The notes under the pieces were generated by a model. It was not told the origin of the DNA. It made no database searches and saw only the letters and a list, made by a program, of their open reading frames with translations. A stretch of DNA of 63,328 nt, counting the filler, from Globobulimina sp. (taxonomy: Eukaryota), in NCBI GenBank assembly GCA_003354225.1. It is 44 parts of 44 records of this genome, joined end to end, with 100 filler letters (N's around TTAATTAATTAA, not from the genome) between each part and the next. Parts side by side here need not be neighbours in the genome. Positions count along the whole stretch, not along the records: positions 1 to 1,343 come from PIVH01018306.1; positions 1,444 to 2,785 come from PIVH01018307.1; positions 2,886 to 4,227 come from PIVH01018308.1; positions 4,328 to 5,669 come from PIVH01018309.1; positions 5,770 to 7,111 come from PIVH01018310.1; positions 7,212 to 8,553 come from PIVH01018311.1; positions 8,654 to 9,995 come from PIVH01018312.1; positions 10,096 to 11,437 come from PIVH01018313.1; 36 more parts are not named here. The stretch is one strand, 5' to 3'. Below are positions 1 through 12,579 of this stretch, piece after piece; the stretch's first letter is position 1, and the number at the start of each line of letters is the position of its first letter. The position numbers and the translations under genes are program-made.

Positions 1-1343
1 GTAATATTTGGCAAGTTCTTGTCAATCGCTGTAACTTGTTCAGGTTCTGCCAACTCAAGTACAGTTTCCATTAGTTTATGATTCGTCCAATCGGATTCCG
101 TCTCCCTTGTTCGATGTCGTTCAGTCACCTGTGCTGTTTGTATGTCTTGCCATTGATCAGAAGCTATGTCACCAGAAATATCAGGATGTACTTCAGATAC
201 AGTACTTACGTTATTCATTAACAAATTACTGTCTGAATCTTCCATCGCCGAAATATCTGGATCGAATAAGCTGTCTTTATTCACCACTCCTAGAATTCTA
301 GGATCCTCCCATTGTGTCGTTTCATCCAAACAATTTTGAAAGAACATACAGCCAATATTAAGGTTTTGTATCATCTCCCAACCCTCAGGCAAAGGTCCAA
401 GTGGATCATCCTCCGAAACCAATAAACGTTGAAATAGAAATGTTTCTTGCCCTTGCACCAAGACCATATTACTAGAGACCTGGAGATGTAAATCAGGTAT
501 AATACTTGCCTTCTTTATTGTCAAGTCGCCATCAAGTTCTTCTAATGTTAGAATATCTGACTCCGATGAACTGACATTCTTCGCCACTTCTTCACGCTGT
601 ACTATTGTAGTTGGCAATTCTTGTGGCAACTCCTGCACTAATTCTTCATTCTCTCCTTGATCTTCCTCTACCTTGTTGTCGATCTGTGATAATGAAATCT
701 CGGACATTCCAGTTGTTGGATATGCGATTAATGTGTGAGTTGGTGTTCTAACAACATCATCCAATACTTCTGGTCCAAAACCAGATCTTTCAATCTCTTT
801 CTGAAAATCAAACTGTCCAAAGTGTGTTCAAGCATGGTACCAGTTGATTCTAACCACGTTGGTTTCTTATCATCAGTTGGTTGAATTTCATACGAAGAAA
901 CTGCCTCTGAAACCACTGTCTCTGGATATTTCTGATTATCTTTGTGACCCAACTCTAATTTATCTTTTGCACAATCCAACCACTTTTCAGCCGTTAGATC
1001 GACACAGTCATCACAACCAGCGGGAATGACACATTGAGCTTCGTCTCCAATAATATTGAAATCCATATCAGGCGCCATTTTAGACTTGTACCGCAACTTG
1101 GTATGATTGGGCTGTCTGTGACCATGTTGTTTGCCTAATCGGTAACAGTCCTCCAATTTGTCAGTGTAACTGTTGAGTCTTTTCTTCTTTCTCTTGGATA
1201 ACTTCCTCCCAGCTCGCATAACTTTCTCCAACTTTTTCCTTATTCGTTCCAACTGCTTTGCGGCTTTATAGATGTCCTTCTGGCGTTCTTTATATTGTGC
1301 TGTATATGTTAGTGCTTCTCTACTAACAATAATTTCTTCAACC
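1..1343 (-). CDS. Partial acidic protein with one WW domain (about 297-410); apparent frameshift near 820
   Basis: Minus frame open from about 820 to base 1 (absent from ORF track) reads DDPLGPLPEGWEMIQNLNIGCMFFQNCLDETTQWEDPR; the upstream frame is ORF 728..1252, open back to the contig edge. Confidence 0.6.
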
Positions 1344-1443
1344 NNNNNNNNNNNNNNNNNNNNNNNNNNNNNNNNNNNNNNNNNNNNTTAATTAATTAAN
1401 NNNNNNNNNNNNNNNNNNNNNNNNNNNNNNNNNNNNNNNNNNN
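1344..1443. other. Artificial contig linker N44-TTAATTAATTAA-N44 (first of 43 copies, one every 1441-1442 bp)
   Basis: Identical 100-bp spacer with stops in all six frames; flanking contig lengths fall 1343, 1342, 1341. Confidence 0.99.
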
Positions 1444-1913
1444 CGTGGTATTTATGTACTGACAAAATACAATAGAATTTGTTTTATTTACGATCTGAAT
1501 GAGGATAAAAGAGAGAAAATTGAAGAAAGTAAACAAAAGGGCAGCTACTAAAACGAGCTCCAAAGCTCCAAAGCTCCAAGCTGTCATTTAGTACGTATTT
1601 TCGTGCTGTCGTTTAGATATTTATTCAGCGCCCAGCAACGAATCAAATGACGCACGAAATCAAACTTCTGCAGCAACCGAATACAAATTGCAAATACATT
1701 TTATTCGTAAACTTAAACAAAGTTTTTTTACTCAAAACGATGAAAAATTATATCACTACCAAATGAAATTAACAACAATTTCATAATTGATATCACCACA
1801 ACATTATAGACGGAAATTTAACATTAAAAGTATGGCACTACTAATATCGTCATTACAACATAACAGAAGTATTATTTTTGTACATACAAATATTACAACA
1901 TAACATGAGCATT

Positions 1914-2369
1914 TAGGGTCCTCCCAATTTCGCGGTACTTTTTCTCAAATTTCGCGGCTCTGTCGCGGCAAATTTTGCAGGAATTCGCGGCGAAATTTTG
2001 CCAATTTCGCGGCAAAAACCGTAAATTTCGCGGTATTTTTATCCTATTTTTGTGTATTTTGCCGACTATTTTGGTTCAAATTCGTTCAGTTATCAATATT
2101 TTGGTTCCAATTTCATTTTATCAACAACTTCTGATGAAACCCTGACATAAAACGATAAAACCGAAATAAAACTAAAATAAAACATGTAATATAATAAATA
2201 TTTTCTGTAAAAAACGAAAATGTGCTATAATTTAAAGAAAAACATGAATAAAATATGTTATTTTTGGTTAGAAAACGTTTATTTCGCGGATTTTTCAAAT
2301 TTTGGCGAATTTCGCGGCAATCGCATTATTTATCGCGGATTTCGTGGCCGCGAAATTGGGAGGACCCTA
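1914..2369. mobile_element. MITE / non-autonomous TIR transposon
   Basis: Perfect 22-bp TIR TAGGGTCCTCCCAATTTCGCGG; about 10 subterminal TTCGCGG-like motifs; AT-rich non-coding core. Confidence 0.85.
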
Positions 2370-2479
2370 ATTATAGTAGGTATTGACATTTTCTAGCATT
2401 TTTCTTTTATGGAGGCGCGGCCTTTAATATTACTGCTCGCACTTTGCTGTTACAGTTTTAGCAAAGATGCTCATTTATA

Positions 2480-2630
2480 ATATCCCTCCTTTTCCATGCT
2501 TCTCACTTTTGTTGTTGGTCTAGTATCCTTCCTTTTACATGGTTCCATTTTTATGGTTGTTTTTAATATCCTTCCTTTTACATGGTTCCATTTTTGTGGT
2601 TGTTATTAATATCCTTCCTTTTCGGTGGTT
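2480..2630. repeat. 43-bp tandem repeat, about 3 copies
   Basis: TATCCTTCCTTTT recurs at 2524, 2567 and 2610, with a degenerate copy near 2482. Confidence 0.8.
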
Positions 2631-3035
2631 CGACGACATCACACCAAATATTAAAGCCTATTATCTGCGCGCAAGCGCATTTTGCACTATTTAGTATCCT
2701 ATCTTTTTTTTGCTTGCCTCCTTAATCGTTTCTTTATGTGATATGAGACATGTGTATACATACATACAATAATATTATCATTATTNNNNNNNNNNNNNNN
2801 NNNNNNNNNNNNNNNNNNNNNNNNNNNNNTTAATTAATTAANNNNNNNNNNNNNNNNNNNNNNNNNNNNNNNNNNNNNNNNNNNNCCAACTTTCGCTGCT
2901 CCCTCTAAACATGCCCTGATTACTAACTTTGGCGGATATTTATACATTTTGCTATCCAATGCATACTGCGGTGGAATATACTTCTTTACATCCCGATATT
3001 TCGCATGCGATGCAAACAATGCAAACAAACTAAAC

Positions 3036-4227
3036 ATGTCTGGGACAGACAACAGACCACCGCCAACTCAGAAACCTGCATTGCGATTCATCAGAATCCC
3101 AAATACAAAAACCGAATTTGTGATATGCGATAAATACAGACATCGCAATAAATACACCTCTGTCAATAAGAGGAAAACATGGGTTTGCTCCGCAACACAC
3201 TGCAAACACACAGTTTATACATTAAATGGTTCTTTTGATGGATATGGTTCTGGCAGCAAAGGGAAACATGCATTGAAATATGTTCATTCCCCGTGGACAT
3301 CGTTAAAACAGCAGAAAAATGATTTATTGGTGGATATGACGGATGAGATAGCAATCAACCACAAACCCTGCAAACAGTCATATCAATATACATTGGTGGA
3401 AAACCAAGATGAAGCAAAAAGTATCAAAGGATATGGAAGTATTAAAAAAGAAATCATTTTAGAATGGAATTGACGGTGAACGCATGTTTTGAAAATCCAG
3501 ATCCGGAGCAGGGACCTTTGGTGATCAAAGGAGCATCGATTTTATTTGCTGCTGACAAACCATCCAAAGCATTATATTCGGAAGCATTGGTATTTTTAAT
3601 CCGGAGATGTAAAGAGGAATTTGACTGTAATTTGTTTGAGGAGCGAGGAGAGGATTTATTTATCATGGCTGATTTTGAGAGGCCAATGCGAAATGCTTTT
3701 AGAACAGTAATACCACACTGTAATATATTGGGGTGTTGGTTTCATTGGTGTAAATGTTTGGTGCGTAAAATGGGTGGATTGGGATTATTAAAGTTATATA
3801 AAAATAAATCAGATTACACATTTTATGAATATATGCGCAGTTTTTTAATGTTGGCATTATTACCGGTGGCATTGATATTATTCACATTTAATTTTTTAGT
3901 AACACTTCGTGATTTGAATGTGCCGGAAGATTATAGAGATAAATTCGATTTATTTGTGGCTTATATGAGAAACACATGGTTGGATGGATTATATCGGATT
4001 GTTGAGTGGTGTGTATATGGACTATGGATAAGGACAAATAATGCCACAGAATCAATGAATTTTGTGACTAATCAGACATTTGGAAAGCATCCATTGTATA
4101 ATGTGTGGTTGCAAAGATTAGCGCACCAATTCGCTGTACATATAATTAAATATGAACAGTATCAACAATGACAGACAACCAGAAGAAGAACGCGCAAAGA
4201 AATATTGAAAAACAAGTGTTTAGCACA
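3036..4227 (+). mobile_element. Mutator-like (MULE) transposase, disrupted
   Basis: N-terminal FLYWCH-like finger (TWVCSATHCK..H..H), then a frame change near 3460; MULE motifs MADFE, GCWFHW and RTNNATES; in-frame TGA at 4169 followed by further basic coding; first catalytic Asp motif not seen. Confidence 0.85.
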
Positions 4228-4327
4228 NNNNNNNNNNNNNNNNNNNNNNNNNNNNNNNNNNNNNNNNNNNNTTAATTAATTAANNNNNNNNNNNNNNNNN
4301 NNNNNNNNNNNNNNNNNNNNNNNNNNN

Positions 4328-5476
4328 GTAACAAAGTGCAACTACATTTCCCTTTTCCCTGTGCATTACAAATGAACTCGGTTTAATAACAGACTGCCAG
4401 AAACCCAAATGGGACTTTAAACTATCGACAACGCTCGGCTTAACACGTGAAAATTCGTCATTTACTTTACCCAAATTAAAACTATCTAACACCCAAGACT
4501 CAGGGTCAGACACAGCTAAAGCAGGTATACAATCAAGAGAGAAACCACACTTACAAGATTTTACAGAATTTACAGGTGAAGTCAATGATTCATTTTTGGC
4601 CGGTTTGTTGACCATTTGGACAGAATTGTGCCCAGTGTCCGAATTCAAAGCATTTCCGACATTGATTGCTAGCGATTGGATTGTTGAAGCGCGGTCGCTG
4701 ATAGCCAGTGGAAGCCGGTGCGGGAGATTGGAAATTTTTGAAAGCATATTGCCCTCCGGAGAACGATGAATCGGCGCCATAGGGCGCAATGGAATACGGT
4801 TGATATCTGGTTGTATTAGGGCCGCGGAAAGAGCCACGACCCATGGCTGCAAAAAACGGACGCGACACAGGCGTAGAACCACTACCATATGATTTTTTGC
4901 TTTGTTTACTAACGGTAGCTGCTGCTTCGTTGATATGCTTCTGATCGGCATCGTTATCACCTAATGGACGTTTCTGATAAGCATCTACTGTAGCCCATCC
5001 ATGTTGTTCAGCAATATTCAACATTTTTTGACGATCGATCAACTTTAATTTACCATCAGACAACATCTTTGTGGCATGAGAAAGATTTTCTTCGGACGGA
5101 TCAGTAAGACATTGTTCGATATCATGGAATAAAATAAACAATTCTTCATTGAGCTTATATTGAACTTTATTTCCCTTATACTTCCATTCTTGATCGACTG
5201 TGGTGACGAAAGGCAATTTAGGAGGAGCAACCGACTGTTGTACCCAACCTTTAGCGCGTTGTTCCACAACTGAACCAACTAGACCAATTAGTTCTTGCAT
5301 AGAAAGGCCAAAGTGCCATCAACATTCGTGGGCACAACATCGGGACTGACAGTTGCCATTGGAGTACTATTTGATGTAGTACTAGTGGTGGTAATTGGAG
5401 TACTACTTGCTGTAGTAACCGAAAGAGTACCCGAAGGTATAAATATCGAGGAGGTTGTGACCGACATAACAAACAA
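4328..5476 (-). mobile_element. DIRS/Ngaro-like tyrosine-recombinase retrotransposon 5' part: gag (4590..5300) plus start of overlapping pol ORF
   Basis: Gag motifs KGNKVQYKLNE, RQKMLNIAEQHGWATVDAY and CCHC knuckle CRKCFEFGHWAQFC; overlapping frame has LKSHLGFWQSVIKPSSFV, typical of the DIRS-type pol N-terminus. RT and YR domains are not in the contig. Confidence 0.75.
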
Positions 5477-5872
5477 ATTTCTCTTATCTCAATACAAAGG
5501 AGACGTTTCAAAATACGAGCGTTTTGTAAGCCAAGAAGCTGCGTTGAATGAATAAGCTCTGGCCGGCAGGCCACTTACGGCATGCCGCCCACACAAGAAC
5601 AGCAAAAAACCCAGAAACAGCGCCATCTTGGCGCTACAACTGAAAAACTGGAGAATGTATCCTGAGAAANNNNNNNNNNNNNNNNNNNNNNNNNNNNNNN
5701 NNNNNNNNNNNNNTTAATTAATTAANNNNNNNNNNNNNNNNNNNNNNNNNNNNNNNNNNNNNNNNNNNNCGGTTTTCAACCATTGCGATGATATGGAATG
5801 CTTTGTCGAGGTTTAGTTGCAAATTCTGTATAATTTAGTTGCAAATATTGAGTGTTGAGTTGAGTGCAAGGA

Positions 5873-6805
5873 TTAAGGATAAGACACAGACTCAACTGGC
5901 AATTGGCAAGACTTATGTGTTAATATTCGATGTATGCCATATATCATAGTATCAAAATCATTGGAGATGACGGATAATGCTAAAATGATACATAATATAT
6001 TAACATTCATATTTATTCCATTTGTATCGCAATCGTAGCAATTGGATTTGGAGATGAATGAGATTAAAAAATTACAGATTCTATTTAAAAGGCCATGGTC
6101 AAAATCGTTGTTGTTGTTGTTTTTTTTATGGCAATTGATAAAATTCTGTAGATGCGGCAGGAATGATTCAATCATTTTAAATGAGAATGTTTTATCTCTT
6201 TCTACGTCAATCGAGTCCAGTGTGCTTAGCAATAATTTTATACCAATTTGGGCCTCGAATGGTAATGTCGCAATACCTCCTTTCTGCGCATGCTTTTTAG
6301 ACAGAGCGGTCTCGCTCAGAGATATCGATCTGGACAGAGACAGAGACAGAGGCAGAGACAGAGTGTGTGGATGTGATAAGATAATTCTTTGTAACAGTAA
6401 TTGTCGTTTAAATGTAATGGATTCGTAGATATTGCCTTCACATAACATGCTTGTTTGTGATATTAAAAAATGCGACAATAATGATATATCATCATTATTA
6501 TCTGTATCAGAATTGTAGTCCCAAAATGATGACATTTCCTCTTCATTGGCAATATGAATATCTTCATTTATTGTCGGTACGATTGAAGTGCATGATGACG
6601 ATTTGGATGATAACAATTTTGCAGACTCAAATAATTCATTTCGATCATTTAATTTCAAAATATAATCATCATCAAGAAATCGAGTTAAATCTATTTGTTG
6701 GAATAATGTGGCATGCCGTGACTTCTTTGCATCAATTATAGTTTTAGCTAAATCTAAATCACTTCTCCAACCACGTGAAACTGACATGAACGATGACAAC
6801 CTCAC
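5873..6805 (-). CDS. Hypothetical eukaryotic protein, helical, probably an exon of a large gene
   Basis: 310-aa ORF; no family recognised with confidence. Confidence 0.5.
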   Translation of the reverse strand: MRLSSFMSVSRGWRSDLDLAKTIIDAKKSRHATLFQQIDLTRFLDDDYILKLNDRNELFESAKLLSSKSSSCTSIVPTINEDIHIANEEEMSSFWDYNSDTDNNDDISLLSHFLISQTSMLCEGNIYESITFKRQLLLQRIILSHPHTLSLPLSLSLSRSISLSETALSKKHAQKGGIATLPFEAQIGIKLLLSTLDSIDVERDKTFSFKMIESFLPHLQNFINCHKKNNNNNDFDHGLLNRICNFLISFISKSNCYDCDTNGINMNVNILCIILALSVISNDFDTMIYGIHRILTHKSCQLPVESVSYP

Positions 6806-7621
6806 TTGAAGAAAATCTTAATATCAGGGTTCTCACCTCATCAGTATGCTATGCTATTTAGTTTCGTATTAAAAAAAAAATATATAAACACACAGCTTCT
6901 AATTATGATCGATGATGATGGGCGTGCACATAGCTCATCATCATATCCATCTAAGTTTCTTCTTCTTCTTCTTTCAAAGTCTTTGTTAGAAAAATAATAA
7001 AATATTTGCGTGCCATCCATAAGTTTTAGCTTTAAAATATCATCGTGACATTTACAAATATTATTTTGCATCAAATTTGTTTCCCAAAATGAGTCAATGA
7101 CCGCATCGATCNNNNNNNNNNNNNNNNNNNNNNNNNNNNNNNNNNNNNNNNNNNNTTAATTAATTAANNNNNNNNNNNNNNNNNNNNNNNNNNNNNNNNN
7201 NNNNNNNNNNNATGATTTGTATCATGTTTTGCAACATGTTTCTGAGTTTGTCGGCTTTGTTTTTGATTCTCCGCTTTGCGAATCAGCGTCGCTGTAATTA
7301 TCATAATATTAGTAAACAGCTGAATTAATTGAATCATATGACAATATTTGTTGATCAAAATCATCAAATTCATAAAGTGTAATCTAATCGGTGCGAACCA
7401 ATACTAAAAATCTGGTGCGATCTAATAATGACGCACTAGTTCATTTTGTAACATATTGCGCACCTATTAGATCGCACTTTTGAGTCCGCACACAGTGGTT
7501 TTAGAAGCATTACACCATTAGTCCGCACAAAAGTGCCTTTGTTCGGTGCGACCGACCCACAAACGCTACGTAGATGTTTAACAAGGCGTTCATATGAGAC
7601 AAAAAAATACAAATATGACTT

Positions 7622-8553
7622 TTGAGTTATCCAAAGTCCGTAGAGTTTCGAAAACTTAGCTTTAATTTTAAAAACGTAGCTTACGTTATGTTGCGCAAAT
7701 GTTTTGCATTTAGAACGAAACCATATCAGTTGCAAACTGTCAATATTCAATCTTTTTCAACGAAAGTTCTGCCATTAACGGCGTTGCAGCGTAAAGATTT
7801 GGATCACATTGATCGTGACAGATTAGTCGATATTGTTTGTAACGTTGGTTTTTTAAAATTAGAAATTGCGCCACATATTCGAGATATACTCGATGAGATT
7901 GAGCAAGAATTAAAACTCTTTTTTAAAGAAATAAATTATGGACAGACATTGCAAGATAAACAAATGTTAACTCATTGGTGGCCTCAACAATCGTTATTTT
8001 TTGGATATAGCAATCATTTTAATGACCAGAAACCGAATCAATACGAGCAATTTTTTCTGAATCCAGCAATGATGAATCACGAATTAAATCCATTTAAAGA
8101 AATGAAGAATGTGATGGCATTATTTGATTATCTTTGTACTGAGTCGTATGAAATATTTGAGAAAATATGGCTAAAATTAGAAGTATTTCCATTGAGTGAT
8201 ATTGAAACAATGTTGGGCGGAAAAAAAGAATTAAATCAAAACATTGCTGTAAACAATTTCGATCCGCACACGTTGACAATGAGCAGAGGCAAGGAAGCAA
8301 TGCAAGGACTTGCCGAGCATAGCGATTGCGGATTACTTACTATTTTAAGGAGTGGAGGTCCTGGTTTTCAGGTGTTTTATAATGGTGAATGGCATGATAT
8401 TGATTATCATGATAGAAATGAAAATTTTGTGTTGAATTTTGGCAGTTTAATAGCTGAGGCAACAAAAAATACAAAGATTCCTTTTACATCCTGTCGTCAT
8501 CGTGTTATACCAATCACAGATTTTCAACGATTAACTATTGCTATTTTTAATGA
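7622..8553 (+). CDS. 2-oxoglutarate/Fe(II) dioxygenase (IPNS/DIOX-like), 3'-partial
   Basis: HSDCGLLTIL (HxD), GFQV, LNFG, RHRV (distal His), RLT; N-terminal VGFLKL. Confidence 0.9.
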
Positions 8554-8653
8554 NNNNNNNNNNNNNNNNNNNNNNNNNNNNNNNNNNNNNNNNNNNNTTA
8601 ATTAATTAANNNNNNNNNNNNNNNNNNNNNNNNNNNNNNNNNNNNNNNNNNNN

Positions 8654-9288
8654 TGGTGAGCGCCAGGAAGTGTATGACCCGCTGGGGGTTTGAGTGGCAG
8701 GAGGAAGTGCTGTGGATAAAAACGAATCAGGTACAAAGGATTATAAGGACGGGAAGGACCGGACATTGTCTCAACCATTCAAAGGAGCATTGTTTAGTGG
8801 GAGTCAAAGGGAATGATATCCGCTGGAATCGGTGTCTGGATTGTGATATTATTGTAGCTGAAGTACGGGAAACCTCCCGGAAACCAGACGAGATTTACAA
8901 TTTAATGGAACGGCTATCGCCGGGAACGGAGAAAATTGAAATGTTTGGGAGGCCGCATAATACTCGGCCTGGATGGATGACATTAGGCAATCAGCTGAAT
9001 GGGAACAAGATTTTAGATCATAAGTTATATAAACGATTCCATGAGTTGTACCCAACCATAGCTGTACAAACCAGTGAAGCCACTGAGCAGGAGCTTAAAG
9101 AGGATGATGATGAGTCGTCATCGTCTGGTTCGGAGAGTGACGGTTCGAGCGAGTCTAGATCTGCTAGTCAGAGTAGTTCTGGTTCCTCCGACAGTAATAG
9201 TGACAGTTCGAGTGAGTCTGAGTCAGAGAGCGAGAGTGGATCCGAGACAGAGAGTGATGATAAATATCAACGGAAAAGTGCTAAATGA
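8654..9288 (+). CDS. METTL3: mRNA m6A methyltransferase catalytic subunit (MT-A70), 5'-partial
   Basis: WIKTNQVQRIIRTGRTGHCLNHSKEHCLVGVKG, LDCDIIVAEVRETSRKPDEIY, KIEMFGRPHN, GWMTLGNQL; Ser/Glu-rich tail. Confidence 0.95.
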
Positions 9289-9396
9289 AAATTAATGACA
9301 TAACATAATAATAATGTACACATTTTTAACCTAACTCAAAAACCATTTGCACCAAATTAAAGAGAAATTTCTGGAAATTATACTTGTGTAAACATC

Positions 9397-9995
9397 ATGC
9401 AACAATTTTGTGGTAAGCACGGCATATCTTTGAAGGAAACCAGAGAGTTTGGTCGAGGAGTTTACAGCACCAAAAATAAAATCAAGGCAGGAAGCATAAT
9501 CTGGAATGAGTCGCCGCTAAGCTATGCATTGAAACACAATGTATGTCATCATTGTTGGATGAAAAAAAAACTGTATCGTTGTGGTAATTGCAAATTTGCG
9601 CGATATTGTTGTAAGCAGTGTCAATCTCAAGATTGGAAACGTTTTCATAAAATAAGATGTAAAGCTATATCCAAATTAGATGGCAAAATGCCAACCGTTA
9701 CCATTTTGTCCATTGCAGAGTTACTACTGAATGTTCAACCGCACTCCAATGCAAATTGCAAACCATTGTTACTCAAATTACAATTGGAATTAATGCCATC
9801 TTTACAGCATCATTGGGACAAAAAAACAGAAGACGAGAAATCTGATATGAATCAAGTGTCGCTTTGCATTGCTTCGTATATGAAATCAGTGCAAGAAACG
9901 CTACAAAAAACAAAGAAAAGTAGCTATAACTCGCAATTTAAAATCGATATCAATGCTATCAATGCCACATTGGGTAAGTTTTCAACGAATGCAAT
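9397..9995 (+). CDS. SET and MYND domain lysine methyltransferase (SMYD family), 3'-partial
   Basis: GRGVYS..IKAGSIIWNESP (SET N-part), then MYND CHHC..RCGNCKFARYCCKQCQSQDWKRFHKIRC. Confidence 0.92.
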
Positions 9996-10499
9996 NNNNN
10001 NNNNNNNNNNNNNNNNNNNNNNNNNNNNNNNNNNNNNNNTTAATTAATTAANNNNNNNNNNNNNNNNNNNNNNNNNNNNNNNNNNNNNNNNNNNNATGGT
10101 TGCCGAGGACAAGGCAAAGGAAAAGAAGTTTTTTGTTTGATGAAAATGAAAGAAAACTCAAAGACTTAAATAAAGACTTCGGGATTTCCTGAAAAAGGGA
10201 GTAATGTGGTATATTAACATATTATACCCCCCCTATTGTAAGCCCCTTATTCTTAAGCTAGTCTTAGACCTTAATTTAGTACTTAGTCATTCCTACTAAG
10301 AAGTTACGATATACCATAAATGTAAAAAAAAGCATTGGAAAAATATACATCGTAATGATTGTGATAACAAGTTTTGGTCCCAGAATTATAATATGCTTAA
10401 AGACACTGCTATTTTCAATGTTAACAGTTGTTCTGTTTCAATATAAAATACTTCTTTTTTCAATTTTGAAATCTTTTCCTTGCCCCACCTCTTGAGAAC

Positions 10500-11437
10500 A
10501 TGTCGTCTTTTTCATTCAATATTGATGAAAAGGATAAGGTGCTATTGATTCAATTGTTGACCAATATTATTTACCCCAAATCAAAAGACATCAATTACAA
10601 AGACATAAATTTTACAACTTTAACCCGTAAATTCACAGACATTCGCTGTGTTGACATCTTATACGGAGCAGGTTTCACAAAATTAGAACAAGGGAATGGT
10701 CTGCGTTTGTTATTTACAGACAAATATGCCGAATTAGAGGCAGTGCTCTCGCAATTAATGCGTATGAACATATTTAGCGAAAACCTGTTCACTTTGCAAG
10801 GTATAAATAACTTATATTTGTCTTACATAAGTTGTGGATATGAATATATTACCAATATAACAAAAAATAGATTCACATAACTCGGAGACATTGGATTCTA
10901 AATATTTATTGAAACCAAGACGTTTACATTTTGGTGATATCAACAGTTGCTTTTTGAAACAATGTCAAAGTTTAGTCGCTATTTCATCGATATTATTATT
11001 TTATGATTCATACATCGATGGATTGGCAGACCATGAAACAAGTGATGAACCGGCTGATTTATTCGAGAGTGTTTATAGAAACATCAACTATCCATACAAC
11101 GATACAGATTTATTAAACGATTACAATCATTTAACTACAATCCATCATACTGAATTCGAGGATATTTACAATAAATTAATCCAAACCGTATATGATGATA
11201 AACCATGCAATTTATTCAACTGTTTATCTCTGGAAAGAAATCAAAGAGACAGAGGGCAAAGTGTAAAAACTAAATATTATACGAATGATATTAATCACGT
11301 TATATCTCAGCAATTATTAGACAGAATCCATTGTCATTTTTTCCATACTTTTGATGTTGGCTACAAACTGACACAAAATGAGAGACAAGAAATTAGAAAT
11401 TTTGATATTAAAACTGATGATGATGAGGATGAGGATG
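10500..11437 (+). CDS. Protein with N-terminal PUB-like domain and uncharacterised C-terminal region; intron 10801-10870
   Basis: LLTNIIYP..YKDIN..ILYGAGF resembles PUB; a 70-nt GT-AG intron joins ORFs 10500 and 10891 in frame. Confidence 0.6.
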
Positions 11438-11560
11438 NNNNNNNNNNNNNNNNNNNNNNNNNNNNNNNNNNNNNNNNNNNNTTAATTAATTAANNNNNNN
11501 NNNNNNNNNNNNNNNNNNNNNNNNNNNNNNNNNNNNNAAAATAATAAACAACGTAAGACA

Positions 11561-12574
11561 TTAAAACATCTCACAATTGCAATCTGTACATAGCCACTGC
11601 AAACCACACAAAATGACATTTTCACAGATTCGTAAACAGTTTGAACATCGGTCCTTTTTATATTGAATAAAATAATCGCAAAATATGCGTATAACATCTG
11701 TGGAAACCATAAACCAACACAAATCTCTACATTTTGGTCGTACGAATCCAACAAACAACAAATCTAAAAAATCATATCCAATGACTGATGATGATTTTAT
11801 TTGAAGCAAATGTTTATTGCTACAATCATCATCCGCCAAACCTAAATTATATAGCCATTTAATATTATTTTTATTATTATCGCAGTCCTCAATTGTCGGT
11901 GGATTCTGCGTCAATGGATATGAATAATAATATACCGCATTATCATAAGATATGGTCCATCCTCGTTTAGGATTGCAATATATGGTCGCTTTGTTATTTA
12001 TACATTCCATATATTTTACAAAACCATTTCTGAATCCTGACAATAGATACAATCCATTCAATTTATTTTGTCTGCAATTGCTTACTAACAATGCAAAATC
12101 TCTGTTTTTAGCACTGGTCTCGCTGCCATGTGTATGGAATTTTTGTATTTCCATATTTTTTCTCGATCCAGATCTGATTGTTTTTGTTGTGCCGCGCCAA
12201 TATGCTCCTACTGCTTCTATCATCTTTTTATCATGTTCTTTTTTTAAATCTGTGTCATTCTCATCATCGCCAACTAATGGCGGACTAACTGATGGCTCTG
12301 GTGATGCTGTGTTGTTTGTGGTAAATATCCGTATAAAAGAAAAACAAAACAAACAAACACATAAATTCGTGTACTGTTAACTTGTGTTGGCAGAATAATT
12401 GGAATTCAATTGTGGTGGATAAGTGTAGTTAATATGTTGAAACGGACAGGTCTGGCCATACATACATCCACCAATATCACCATAATATCTACACGGCGTA
12501 GAATATATCGGCGTGTTTACTATGACTCCAGTAATAAGTTGTGATGTATTTGGTGTGATGTAATAAGTTGTCAT
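11561..12574 (-). CDS. CCCH zinc-finger protein with Cys-rich C-terminus; intron 12307-12381
   Basis: Exon 1 has PCRYYGDIGGCMYGQTCPFQH; a phase-1 GT-AG intron joins it in frame to ORF 11561..12352. Confidence 0.7.
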
Positions 12575-12579
12575 TGTCT

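Noticed and set aside
2131-2166. CTGATGA...GAAA inside the MITE as a third hammerhead
   Set aside because: Stems I and II do not pair.
5873-6805. Faint resemblance to the N-terminus of giant HERC ligases
   Set aside because: Too weak to call by eye.
8764-8772. METTL3 GHCLNH where GHWLNH is usual
   Set aside because: A single-base difference in a probably low-coverage contig; cannot be separated from error.
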